Below are positions 9,614 to 18,297 of a stretch of DNA of 64,000 nucleotides, one piece after another (within the stretch, counting starts at the first letter, position 1; each line of letters begins with the position of its first letter). Source of the DNA: Robiginitomaculum sp. (lineage in GTDB: Bacteria > Pseudomonadota > Alphaproteobacteria > Caulobacterales > Maricaulaceae); the NCBI GenBank assembly GCA_023301505.1, contig JALZUP010000093.1:8008-72007 (forward strand), in the 5' to 3' direction. Below the pieces are notes generated by a model, which ran no database searches, was not told the origin of the DNA, and saw only the letters and a program-made list of their open reading frames with translations. The position numbers and the translations under genes are program-made.

Positions 9614-9658
9614 GCTGACTTTAAATAGGCTGATTTTAAATAGGTTGATATCAGGGGG
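9599..9658. repeat. In-frame 15-bp tandem units that repeat the murI C-terminus plus its stop
   Basis: The units are cctgattttaaataa | gctgactttaaatag | gctgattttaaatag | gttgatatcaggggg. They read PDFK* ADFK* ADFK*. Confidence 0.85.
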
Positions 9659-9671
9659 GCTGATTAACTGC

Positions 9672-10277
9672 CTATATCATCGGGCTAATGCCCCAATGCC
9701 AAACAGCATAAAGCCCCGCCAATAAAATGAATATGATAATGGTCGCGAGCGCGAAATTCTTACGAATATAGTCTTCAGCTTGCAGGCCAAACTTTTTCAC
9801 AATCCCTGCGACAAGGAAAAAGCGCAAAGAGCGCGCCAGCACGCTTGCGGCAACAAAGAGAGCAAAATTAAGCTTTAGCGCTCCGCTCATAATCGTAATG
9901 ACTTTATAGGGGAAAGGCGTTAGCCCTGCGCAAAAGACCGCCAGCGCGCCATGGGTGTCATATATGTCTTGTAGGCGGGCCATTTTATCGGCTTTGCCCA
10001 ACTTCTCTAGCATGGGCGCGCCCAGCATGTCCCAAAACATAAGGCCGAGAAAATATCCTAAAATCCCGCCCAGTACAGAGGCAATTGTGCATATAAGCGC
10101 AATGCGCCATGCCCGCTCTGGCCGTGCCACAACCATCGGGATGATCATCACATCAGGCGGGATCGGAAAAACAGAGCTTTCAATAAATGATACAGCCGCC
10201 AAAGCAGGCTCAGCCCGTTTATGGCCAGCCAGCGCTTTAACGCGCTCATATTGCGTTTCAAGAAATTTATTTAACAT
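9672..10277 (-). CDS. DedA/YqaA family (SNARE-associated) membrane protein
   Basis: SSVFPIPPDVMIIPM, GGILGYFLG and multiple TM segments. The ATG at 10277 is preferred over the TTG at 10295. Confidence 0.75.
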   Translation of the reverse strand: MLNKFLETQYERVKALAGHKRAEPALAAVSFIESSVFPIPPDVMIIPMVVARPERAWRIALICTIASVLGGILGYFLGLMFWDMLGAPMLEKLGKADKMARLQDIYDTHGALAVFCAGLTPFPYKVITIMSGALKLNFALFVAASVLARSLRFFLVAGIVKKFGLQAEDYIRKNFALATIIIFILLAGLYAVWHWGISPMI

Positions 10278-10312
10278 AGGCGCGGTGTAGCGCAAAAAGG
10301 TGAACAGGGCAT

Positions 10313-10350
10313 AAAAAAAGCCTCTCCGAAAATTGCTCGAAGAGGCTTTT
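10313..10350. terminator. Bidirectional intrinsic terminator
   Basis: aaaaaaa-gcctctccga-aaattgc-tcgaagaggc-tttt lies between two minus-strand genes and most likely ends the 10370..10657 transcript. Confidence 0.6.
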
Positions 10351-10369
10351 AATTAAAACTACAACAGTG

Positions 10370-10657
10370 TTAGCAGCCTTTGTCTTCGTAAATTTCTGCC
10401 AAATGTTGACGGCGCTCTTCAACAAGCTCTTCAGAGTCTTTTGCATCCATGTAATTACCAACCGCAGCAGGCCAAAAGAATACCGCCGCCGCAATATTTG
10501 TGCCGCTTGCGCCCTTGTTCTTACGGGCTTCTTCCATGATCACGTCCATGTCGTCAAAATTTTGTTGAATTTGATCACAGGTGAGCTTTGTGTCACCAGG
10601 CTGTTTAACTGAAACTTTCTCAGTACTTGAACAGGCAGAAATCATGCAATTGGTCAT
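10370..10657 (-). CDS. Hypothetical 95-aa protein with a lipobox-like ISAC only 9 aa from the start
   Basis: An open frame with an AT-rich upstream region and a terminator downstream. I recognise no family. An in-frame TAA 12 nt upstream prevents any N-terminal extension. Confidence 0.4.
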   Translation of the reverse strand: MTNCMISACSSTEKVSVKQPGDTKLTCDQIQQNFDDMDVIMEEARKNKGASGTNIAAAVFFWPAAVGNYMDAKDSEELVEERRQHLAEIYEDKGC

Positions 10658-10858
10658 AATGCATCTTTAGGCGACTTCAAGTAAATTTTAATTTTTTTAT
10701 AGCCTGCTTGTCAGGCGTCACTTGGGGGAGGTGTTTTGGCGTGGCTTGGACGAAGTAAAGCCATAGTTAAAGCGATGTAGATGTGGCAAAATACACAATC
10801 AGTAAAATCAGGTATAGCCATCTGAAATAGACTGCTTTATATGTCGCAAATCTTCGAT

Positions 10859-10942
10859 GCGGGTGTGGCGGAATTGGTAGACGCGCTGGATTCAAAATCC
10901 AGTTCCTCTGGAGTGTCGGTTCGAGTCCGACCACCCGTACCA
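10859..10942 (+). tRNA. tRNA-Leu (anticodon CAA), class II with a long variable arm and an encoded CCA
   Basis: The acceptor stem is gcgggtg/cacccgt. The anticodon stem-loop is ctgga-ttCAAaa-tccag. The T arm is gtcgg-ttcgagt-ccgac, followed by ACCA. Confidence 0.9.
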
Positions 10943-11054
10943 TTGAATATTTTAGGCGAAAACTTTAGGCGAAGATTTCAGATATATTTTTTAAGCGCCT
11001 CGTCCTGTTCGGCTCTATTTTGACGATTGATGTCCTAAAATGCGACACTCTGTT

Positions 11055-11420
11055 TCAATGTGAAACATGATCTGGCAGGCATGGCGAGATAATCGCCTTA
11101 AACATGAAGATTTTCGCCTTTTTCGCCTTAAAAGCGCCTGATTTAGAGCTCAGAAAACTGGCATAAGGGTTGCAAGATATGTGGTATCTACATTGCTCCC
11201 ACAATGTAAAGCTCGCTCCCACGAGCAATTTCCCAAAGGCTTTGCCTTTAAACGCTAAAACGAGCTCCCACGTTTGGCGACCCATAAGAGGCCTAGACAC
11301 CCTCTTGCATATATGCGGATTAGACACCCGCCAAGATAAGGCTTCTGATCGGTATGACCGACAGAGGCCTTTTTCGTTTCGCGTCTGTTTTGCGCCAATT
11401 TTACGCCGCTATTATAGCCG
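11055..11420 (-). pseudogene. Possible decayed N-terminal fragment of a P4-type tyrosine integrase (very tentative)
   Basis: The minus-strand frame reads ..AKQTRNEKG...RVSRPLMGRQTWELVLAFKGKAFGKLLVGASFTLWEQCR. This loosely follows the integrase arm-binding-domain pattern (V.PSG.K.W...YR..GK....LG....SL.EAR). It sits about 110 bp from the tRNA-Leu 3' end and no catalytic domain is present. Confidence 0.2.
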
Positions 11421-11575
11421 CTATTATAAAAGGCAGTTTGTAAAATGACTTATGTGAAAACCATGCGGCGTATGGTTGACGGCCTAGGGGGCTGCTTTAT
11501 GCTAAAACTATTATAGGGGAGCTAAAACAAACATACCCGCGCCCTTATGCGTATGAAAATATAGACCATAAGCGG

Positions 11576-11590
11576 GATAGGATAGGATAG
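11576..11590. repeat. (gatag)x3 microsatellite abutting the start codon of the acyl-CoA synthetase gene
   Basis: The sequence is gggataggataggatagATG, and the repeat supplies the AGGA Shine-Dalgarno-like sequence. Confidence 0.8.
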
Positions 11591-13384
11591 ATGGGTTTTT
11601 TTTCCAAAATCAAACGCGAATATCGTTATGTGAGCGATTTGTTGCACGTATTGGGCGCTGTTAAAAATATTGACGGGCAGTCGCCTAATCTTGTTCCTGA
11701 CGATCTTGAGCGTGCTTGTGATAAATTTTCTAGCAATCTTGCCTTTATTGAAGATGATAGGAGCTGGACCTATGCTCAATTTGACGCCTATGCCAATCAG
11801 GTCGCCAATTGGGCCCTTAGCCGAGGATGCGCGGCGGGAGATACTGTTGCTGTTTTTGCGCGAAATCGCTTGGAATATGTTGCGCTCTGGTATGGCTTGT
11901 CCAAAGTGGGGGTGGTTCCTGCTTTGCTCAATTTTCAGCTGGCCGCCAGCGCGCTGGCCCATTGTCTGAATATATCAAAGGCCAAAATTTTAATTCTCGA
12001 TCATGAAATGGCCCCCGCATGGGATAGCGCGCAGGACGATATTGAAGGCGATATTGCCGTTGTTAGCGCCTTTGGAGCCGTGAAGGGGATGGAGAGTTTT
12101 GACGCCGCTATTGAGACGCAAAGCCAAGAACGCCCAAGCCGTGATCACCGCGCGGGGATTGTTGGCGCGGATCAGATCATGAAAATGTTTACCTCTGGCA
12201 CGACGGGGCTGCCCAAAGCGGCTAAGGTCACCCATGTGCGCGCGCAAAACTATTTGCGCGCTTTTGCGGCGGCGGCGCGCTCTGGCCCCGAAGACCGCAT
12301 GATGATGGTGCTTCCGCTTTATCACGCCACAGGCGGGCTTTGCGGGGTTGGCACGGCGCTCAGCACAGGCGGAGCTGTGATTGTACGGCCAAAATTCTCA
12401 GCCTCTAAATTTTGGGAAGAGGCGGTGGAATATAAGGCGACGCTCTTTATGTATGTGGGCGAGCTGTGCCGTTTCTTATTAACCGCGCCTGCCCATCCGC
12501 TCGAACGCTCGCATAAAATTCGCCATATTTTGGGCAATGGGCTGCGGCCCGAAGTCTGGCCGGGTTTTGTCTCGCGGTTTAATATTGAAGCTGTGACCGA
12601 ATTTTACGGGGCGACGGAGGGCAATGTATCTTTGCTCAATATTAATGGCCGCGTGGGCGCGATTGGGCGCGTGCCAGATTATTTGAAATTTAGATTTAAC
12701 GTCGAGGTTGCCGCCTTTGATGTTGAAAGAGGCACGAATCCGCGCGGGCCAGATGGATTTTGCCGTATGGCTAAAGCTGATGAAATCGGTGAGCTTTTAG
12801 GCAAGATTGATCCGAATACGGCGCGCTTTCGCTTTGACGGTTATCAAAATGAAGAGGCCACTAAAAAGAAAATTTTGCGTAATGTCATTAAAAAAGACGA
12901 TATGTATTTTCGCACAGGTGATTTGGTGCGCAAAGATCGTGATGGTTATATTTATTTTGTTGATAGAATTGGCGATACGTATCGCTGGAAGGCAGAAAAT
13001 GTGGCGACGGGTGAAGTGGCGGCGGCTTTGTCAAAATTTGACGGCATCATCCAAGCCAATGTTTACGGTGTGAGCGTTCCAGGCTGTGATGGCCGCGCGG
13101 GCATGGCCTCGCTTGTGGTTGAAAAAAGTTTGAATATGGAAGATTTGCACAAACATGTTGCCGCGGAGCTTCCTCATTATGCGCAGCCCGTTTTCCTACG
13201 CATTAGCCGCGAGAGCGATACGACGGGCACATTTAAATTCAAAAAGACTAATCTGGTCAAAGATGGCTTTGACCCTGATCGGGTTTATGATCCATTATTT
13301 GTCGCAAGCCCAGAGAGTGAAAAATATGAGCCGATAGATTCGGCTATGTTTGAGCGTATTCAAAATTCTGATTTACGGCTATAA
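11591..13384 (+). CDS. Long-chain/very-long-chain acyl-CoA synthetase of the fatty-acid-transport-protein (FATP) type
   Basis: AMP-binding motif FTSGTTGLPKAAKVTH, plus YFRTGDL and YFVDRIGDTYRWKAENVATGEV, which is typical of FATP-family enzymes. Confidence 0.85.
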   Translation: MGFFSKIKREYRYVSDLLHVLGAVKNIDGQSPNLVPDDLERACDKFSSNLAFIEDDRSWTYAQFDAYANQVANWALSRGCAAGDTVAVFARNRLEYVALWYGLSKVGVVPALLNFQLAASALAHCLNISKAKILILDHEMAPAWDSAQDDIEGDIAVVSAFGAVKGMESFDAAIETQSQERPSRDHRAGIVGADQIMKMFTSGTTGLPKAAKVTHVRAQNYLRAFAAAARSGPEDRMMMVLPLYHATGGLCGVGTALSTGGAVIVRPKFSASKFWEEAVEYKATLFMYVGELCRFLLTAPAHPLERSHKIRHILGNGLRPEVWPGFVSRFNIEAVTEFYGATEGNVSLLNINGRVGAIGRVPDYLKFRFNVEVAAFDVERGTNPRGPDGFCRMAKADEIGELLGKIDPNTARFRFDGYQNEEATKKKILRNVIKKDDMYFRTGDLVRKDRDGYIYFVDRIGDTYRWKAENVATGEVAAALSKFDGIIQANVYGVSVPGCDGRAGMASLVVEKSLNMEDLHKHVAAELPHYAQPVFLRISRESDTTGTFKFKKTNLVKDGFDPDRVYDPLFVASPESEKYEPIDSAMFERIQNSDLRL

Positions 13385-13417
13385 AAGATCACACACAAAT
13401 AAGATGTTGGGTGAAAT

Positions 13418-13975
13418 ATGGTGCGGGCAGAAGACATATTGGATTTTTGGTTTGAGCAGTCTGGCTCTGGGAAATGGTTTAAAAAATCTGATAGCTTTGA
13501 TGCTGATATTCGCGCAAAATTTGAATTTGATTCGATTGACGCTGCCGCCGCCTTGCAAAAAAATAGCCCCCATGAATGGGAGGCTGAGCCAGATAGCGCG
13601 CTAGCTTTAGTGCTCATGCTTGATCAATTTCCGCGCAATATGTACCGCGATACGAAGGCCATGTTTGTGTGGGATGAGCTTGCCTTGGGCGTCGCCTCGC
13701 GCGCAGTTAAGGCTGGGTTTGATTTGCGAGAGCCCCAGTCGCGGCGCGCTTTTTTCTATATGCCCTATATGCATAGCGAGCTTTTAGCCCACCAAGAAGA
13801 CTGCGTGCATTTATGTCAGCGCGGGCTAGACAATCCAAGCACACTCCATCATGCTCGCGAGCATCGCCGGGTGATAGAGCGCTTTGGCCGCTTTCCACAC
13901 CGCAATCATATTTTAGGCCGTAAAAGCACGGCCGAAGAACAAAACTTTCTAGTGCAAGGGGGATATGCACCGTGA
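13418..13975 (+). CDS. DUF924 family protein
   Basis: WFEQS...WF, LDQFPRNMYR, RFGRFPHRN..LGR.ST.EE..FL. Confidence 0.75.
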   Translation: MVRAEDILDFWFEQSGSGKWFKKSDSFDADIRAKFEFDSIDAAAALQKNSPHEWEAEPDSALALVLMLDQFPRNMYRDTKAMFVWDELALGVASRAVKAGFDLREPQSRRAFFYMPYMHSELLAHQEDCVHLCQRGLDNPSTLHHAREHRRVIERFGRFPHRNHILGRKSTAEEQNFLVQGGYAP

Positions 13976-14916
13976 GTCTATTTGACGAATTTAAAGCCCG
14001 GACTAGCAAGATGGGGGACAGGAAAAGCCTTAAATTAATGCCTGATGAAAAGGCGTTTCGTAATCTGCATGACCAAGTGCATAAGCTCGCCAACCGCTTT
14101 GGCGAGCCCGGGCCAGAGATGGAAACGGTAAGTGATTTTACTATTGAGATGGACAGCCATCATATTCCTATGCGCCTTTATGTGCCCGCCAATCTTCCAG
14201 CGATTGAAGCGGCTAAGGGCCCCTGTTTTGTGTATTTGCATGGCGGCGGATTTGTCGTAGGCAGCATTGAGACCCATGACGGATTATGTCGCCGCATTGC
14301 TTTGTCCAGCGCGATGCGCGTGCTTTCTGTTGATTATCGTCTTGCCCCGCGCCATCCTTTTCCAGCAGGGCCAGACGATTGCGAGCAGGCTCTGTTATAT
14401 GCGCTTTCAGATGGCGGCGCGCGCGGCATTGACGCGAATAAAATTACCATTGGCGGGGATAGTGCTGGCGGCAATATGGCAAGCTATCTCGCGCAAAAAT
14501 ATCGCCAAAAAATATGCGCGCAAGCCTTGCTCTATCCGCTTATGCAGCTTGCCGAAAAAGAGCCTCATAAAAAAGGCTGGCAGGATAGTTTGATGCTTGG
14601 TTATGTCGCGCTAAGTTATGTTGAAAAAAACTATGTGGTGGACGCCGATGTGCAGGATGTGCGCCTGTCCCCTTTATTTGAAAAAGACCTTGCCAAACTC
14701 CCGCCAGCCTTTGTGCTGACCTGCGATCTTGATCCGCTGCGCATTGAAGGGCGCGCCTATGCGGATATGCTTGTAGCGGCGGGTAATGAGGTGGATTATC
14801 GTCATCTTAAAAATGTGCCGCATGGCTTTTTAAACTTCACCAAAGCCTTTCCGATTGGCAAATCGACCGCGGTTGATGTTGGCGCTTTCTTGCGCCAAAA
14901 AGTGGGTAAAATCTAA
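13972..14916 (+). CDS. Alpha/beta hydrolase, hormone-sensitive-lipase-like esterase (Aes type)
   Basis: YLHGGGFVVGS oxyanion motif, GDSAGGN nucleophile elbow, and a C-terminal ..HGF. The GTG start overlaps the DUF924 stop. Confidence 0.8.
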   Translation: MSLFDEFKARTSKMGDRKSLKLMPDEKAFRNLHDQVHKLANRFGEPGPEMETVSDFTIEMDSHHIPMRLYVPANLPAIEAAKGPCFVYLHGGGFVVGSIETHDGLCRRIALSSAMRVLSVDYRLAPRHPFPAGPDDCEQALLYALSDGGARGIDANKITIGGDSAGGNMASYLAQKYRQKICAQALLYPLMQLAEKEPHKKGWQDSLMLGYVALSYVEKNYVVDADVQDVRLSPLFEKDLAKLPPAFVLTCDLDPLRIEGRAYADMLVAAGNEVDYRHLKNVPHGFLNFTKAFPIGKSTAVDVGAFLRQKVGKI

Positions 14917-16286
14917 TGCGCATATCTTCGGCCTATCAGGCGGATGTAAAAATAACCGAGCTAGGCGATGATTTTTATGACGCTGTTGGGGCGGCCAATT
15001 TTCCTAAAACCGGTCTACGTTACCGCGGGCAAGAGGCGGCGCTAAGCATTGGCTTGGACGCCTTATCGGATGAAGATTGGATTGCTCATTTTGGCCGTTT
15101 TGAGCCACTGCCTGATAATTTAAAAACGCCTTTGGCGCTGCGCTATCATGGCCATCAATTTCAAAATTATAATCCTAATATTGGCGATGGTCGCGGCTTT
15201 TTATTTGCGCAAATGCGCGGGGGCGATGGGCGGCTATTAGATCTGGGCACGAAAGGCTCTGGCACGACGCCTTATTCACGCCGCGGGGATGGGCGGCTTA
15301 CGCTTTTGGGCGGGGTGCGCGAAGTGCTTGCCACGCGCTATCTCAATAGTCTTGGCGTAAATAGCTCAAAAACGCTCTCTCTGATTGAGACGGGAGAGGC
15401 GCTTGAGCGCGCGGATGAGCCGTCCCCAACACGCAGCGCCGTTATGGTGCGTTTGTCTCATTCTCATATACGCTTTGGCACATTTCAGCGGCTTTATTTT
15501 GAAGATGATAAGGAGGCGATGCAAAAGCTGACAGATTATTGCCTACGCCATTATTATCCGCAGGCCGAACGCACGCCCCAAGCTTTGCTGGGCGCCGTGG
15601 CTAAGTCTAGCGCGCAAACCGTGGCAAGCTGGATGGCGGCGGGCTTTGTGCACGGGGTGATGAATACGGATAATATGAATATTACGGGCGAGAGTTTTGA
15701 CTATGGCCCTTACCGCTTTTTGCCCACATTGCAGTCTGATTTTACCGCCGCCTATTTTGATCATAATAAGCTTTATGCTTTCGCCCGTCAGCCTCAAGCC
15801 ATGTATTGGAACCTTGCCCAGCTGACCAATTGCTTATCTTTGATTTGTGATGACGCCCCTCTGATTAAGGCCATGGAGGATTATGCGCTTCATTACCGCG
15901 CCGCTTTAGTGGAGCAGCTTTTTAACCGTTTGGGCGTTAGCCCGTCGGGCGATCTTGACCGTGACAGCGCTTTTGCGCTCAAAACATTTGAACTGTTAGA
16001 AGGCTCGCAAGCGAGCTGGCCGCAATTTTTCCATGATTTTCGCGCAGGGTTAGCGCAGGAAAAACGGGCCATGTCAGGGATAAATGAGCTGGCTTATAAA
16101 CATCCAGATTTTGCAGATTGGAAGCTTATATTTAAAACTTATCAGCCCTGCGCCGCCCCTTATGAAGATGATATTCCCGCCAGCTTAATTTATGAGCAAA
16201 TTGGCGCGCTGTGGTCATTTATCGACAGGCATGATGATTGGAGCGCTTTTCACGCAAAGCTGGCAAGCTTTGACACGGTTAAATAA
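14916..16286 (+). CDS. selO: Protein adenylyltransferase SelO (YdiU/UPF0061 pseudokinase family)
   Basis: RYHGHQFQNYNPNIGDGRGFLF, GTKGSGTTPYSRRGDGR, HGVMNTDNMNITGESFDYGP. The start overlaps the esterase stop (TAATG). Confidence 0.85.
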   Translation: MRISSAYQADVKITELGDDFYDAVGAANFPKTGLRYRGQEAALSIGLDALSDEDWIAHFGRFEPLPDNLKTPLALRYHGHQFQNYNPNIGDGRGFLFAQMRGGDGRLLDLGTKGSGTTPYSRRGDGRLTLLGGVREVLATRYLNSLGVNSSKTLSLIETGEALERADEPSPTRSAVMVRLSHSHIRFGTFQRLYFEDDKEAMQKLTDYCLRHYYPQAERTPQALLGAVAKSSAQTVASWMAAGFVHGVMNTDNMNITGESFDYGPYRFLPTLQSDFTAAYFDHNKLYAFARQPQAMYWNLAQLTNCLSLICDDAPLIKAMEDYALHYRAALVEQLFNRLGVSPSGDLDRDSAFALKTFELLEGSQASWPQFFHDFRAGLAQEKRAMSGINELAYKHPDFADWKLIFKTYQPCAAPYEDDIPASLIYEQIGALWSFIDRHDDWSAFHAKLASFDTVK

Positions 16287-16314
16287 CCGGGTTGCAGAGC
16301 TGAGAAATGCGCGC

Positions 16315-16350
16315 GCCTATATTCAGGCTATATTCATGGCTGATAAGCTT
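16315..16350. repeat. 12-bp tandem units downstream of selO
   Basis: The units are gcctatattcag | gctatattcatg | gctgataagctt. A second pair, atggcctctatatag | atggcctgcattatg, lies at 16397-16426. Confidence 0.7.
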
Positions 16351-16485
16351 ATCTATGATTGTAGCAATATGAATTATGCTTAAGTTGTATTGCGCCATGG
16401 CCTCTATATAGATGGCCTGCATTATGTATTTTAGATAGGCTGGTGAGATATTCACTACATAGACATTTAACATCAAGGTAAGATT

Positions 16486-16923
16486 ATGAAATATTTACTT
16501 TCTACAGCATTTATCCTGGGCAGCTTGGTCGCTATGCCCGTCAGTTTTGCGCAAGACTCTGGAGAGCAACCAGAACAGCGCGGCATGGGTATGGGCGGCG
16601 GCGGCGGTATGGGCGGCGGCGGCATGGGTAATGGCGGCGGTATGGGCGGCGATACTGGCGGCGGAATACCTGTTGAAGCCATTAGTGCTTGTGAGAGCTT
16701 AGAAGAAAGCGCCTCTTGTAGTTTTACATCACAGCGCGGCGAGTCGAGCGGAACATGTCAGATTCTTGGCCAAAATGAATCGCTTGTCTGTCGTCCTGAA
16801 AATGCAGGCGGCGCTGCGGCTCAAGGCGAACGCGGTCAAGGCGGCGGCCAAGGTGGTGGTCAGGGCATGGGCGGCGGCGAAGGCGGCGGCATGGGCATGG
16901 GCGGTAATCGCTCAGAAGAATAA
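16486..16923 (+). CDS. Secreted Gly/Met-rich protein with a central 4-Cys core
   Basis: Signal peptide MKYLLSTAFILGSLVAMPVSFA|QD. (M)GGG(G)M repeats flank ..ACESLEESASCSF..GTCQILGQNESLVCRP... A good RBS (aaggtaag) lies upstream and a terminator follows. The minus-strand Pro-rich ORF 16473..16682 is its mirror image. Confidence 0.6.
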   Translation: MKYLLSTAFILGSLVAMPVSFAQDSGEQPEQRGMGMGGGGGMGGGGMGNGGGMGGDTGGGIPVEAISACESLEESASCSFTSQRGESSGTCQILGQNESLVCRPENAGGAAAQGERGQGGGQGGGQGMGGGEGGGMGMGGNRSEE

Positions 16924-16955
16924 ATTAGTCTAAGACTAAGGTTTAAAACTTATAT

Positions 16956-16982
16956 GAGAGGCGTGAGAGCGCCTCTTTTTTT
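16956..16982 (+). terminator. Intrinsic terminator
   Basis: The stem is gagaggcg-tgagag-cgcctct followed by T9. Confidence 0.8.
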
Positions 16983-17085
16983 GTGTAATTTTTTTTAATA
17001 TTGCGTCTAGCCTTTTCGCCTGTTCTGCATATGATGCGCGCCCATTATGGGGCTTGTCCCTTGCTTGATAAATTTGGAGCCAGCT

Positions 17086-18279
17086 ATGAGCCGCGATCAT
17101 CTTTACCCGACCTATGCCCCGCCTGAGGTGGAATTTATCCACGGGGCTGGCGTCTGGCTGACAGAAAAGTCGGGAAAAAAATATCTTGATTTTATTTCGG
17201 GTATTTCGGTCAACACACTGGGCCATGCTCATCCTGTCTTGGTCAGCGCTTTGCATGAGCAAGCGCAAAAGCTTTGGCATTTGTCCAATATGTTTGAAAT
17301 TCCGGGCCAAGCCGAACTGGCGGATCGCTATTGCGCGCTCACCTTTGGGGAGCGGGTCTTTTTTGGCAATAGCGGATCTGAGGCGGTTGAGTTAGCGCTT
17401 AAATCTGCGCGGCGCTTTCACTATAAAAATGGCAATCCAGAACGGGTAAACATTATTGGCTTTGACGGCTCATTTCATGGCCGCACCTATGCGGCGGTAA
17501 ATGCCTCAGGCAATGAAAAATATCTTGAAGGTTTTGGCCCGAAACTGCCCGGCTATATAAAACTAGCCTTTGGTGATCATGAGGCGCTTAACGCCGCCAT
17601 TGATGATAAGACCGCCGCAATTTTAATCGAGCCTGTTCAAGGTGAGGGCGGCTTGCGTCCCGTGCCAGAGGCCTGCTTGCAGGGCTTGCGCAAATTATGT
17701 GACGAGCAGGGCATATTGCTTATTTACGACGAAGTGCAATGCGGAGCAGGCCGCACAGGCAAGCTCTTTGCCCATCAATGGTTTGAAGATTGCGCGCCTG
17801 ATATTATGGCCTGCGCTAAGGGTGTTGGCGGGGGCTTCCCGCTGGGCTTTACAATTGCGAGCGCGCGCGTGGCCGACACGATGACGCCCGGCACACATGG
17901 CAGCACATATGGCGGCAATGCTTTGGCTATGGCGGTGGGTCATGCCTGTCTGGATTATTTGGCTGATGATAAATTTATGGCCCATATTAATGCCGTCTCT
18001 GCTGAGCTTGAAGCAGGCCTTCAGGCCCTAGTGCGCCAAAAATATCCGTCCCTCTTAGAGCAGGTGCGCGGTAAAGGCCTTTTGGTTGGGTTTAAATTTA
18101 AAAAAGACGGCGCAAATGCTGACTTCCGTATGCGGGCCTTAGAGGCGGGTTTCTTGGTCGGCACGGCGGGCGATAATGTTGTGCGCCTCGCGCCTGCGCT
18201 TAATGTCACGGAAGGCGAAGTGCGAACCGCTCTTGGCATGATTGATGATGTGCTAGCTGATATGGACGCGGGGGCATAG
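17086..18279 (+). CDS. argD: Acetylornithine (or succinyl-ornithine/DAP) aminotransferase, class III PLP enzyme
   Basis: FFGNSGSEAVE, DEVQCGAGRTGK, AKGVGGGFP, THGSTYGGN. The start is ATG 17086 with GGAG 7 nt upstream. Confidence 0.85.
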   Translation: MSRDHLYPTYAPPEVEFIHGAGVWLTEKSGKKYLDFISGISVNTLGHAHPVLVSALHEQAQKLWHLSNMFEIPGQAELADRYCALTFGERVFFGNSGSEAVELALKSARRFHYKNGNPERVNIIGFDGSFHGRTYAAVNASGNEKYLEGFGPKLPGYIKLAFGDHEALNAAIDDKTAAILIEPVQGEGGLRPVPEACLQGLRKLCDEQGILLIYDEVQCGAGRTGKLFAHQWFEDCAPDIMACAKGVGGGFPLGFTIASARVADTMTPGTHGSTYGGNALAMAVGHACLDYLADDKFMAHINAVSAELEAGLQALVRQKYPSLLEQVRGKGLLVGFKFKKDGANADFRMRALEAGFLVGTAGDNVVRLAPALNVTEGEVRTALGMIDDVLADMDAGA

Positions 18280-18297
18280 CCGCTCTATATTTAGCGA

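Noticed and set aside
16473-16682. Pro-rich minus-strand ORF (PPPIPPPLPMPPPPIPPPPPIP).
   Set aside because: It is the reverse complement of the Gly/Met-rich repeats. The plus-strand ORF has a signal peptide, an RBS and a terminator, and the minus-strand ORF has none of these.
10943-16985. A genomic island integrated at tRNA-Leu, covering the acyl-CoA synthetase to Gly/Met-rich protein genes.
   Set aside because: There is no intact integrase, no detectable direct repeat of the tRNA 3' end, and no obvious compositional shift by eye. The genes are ordinary metabolic or conserved unknowns. Only the 650-bp proximal scar is reported.
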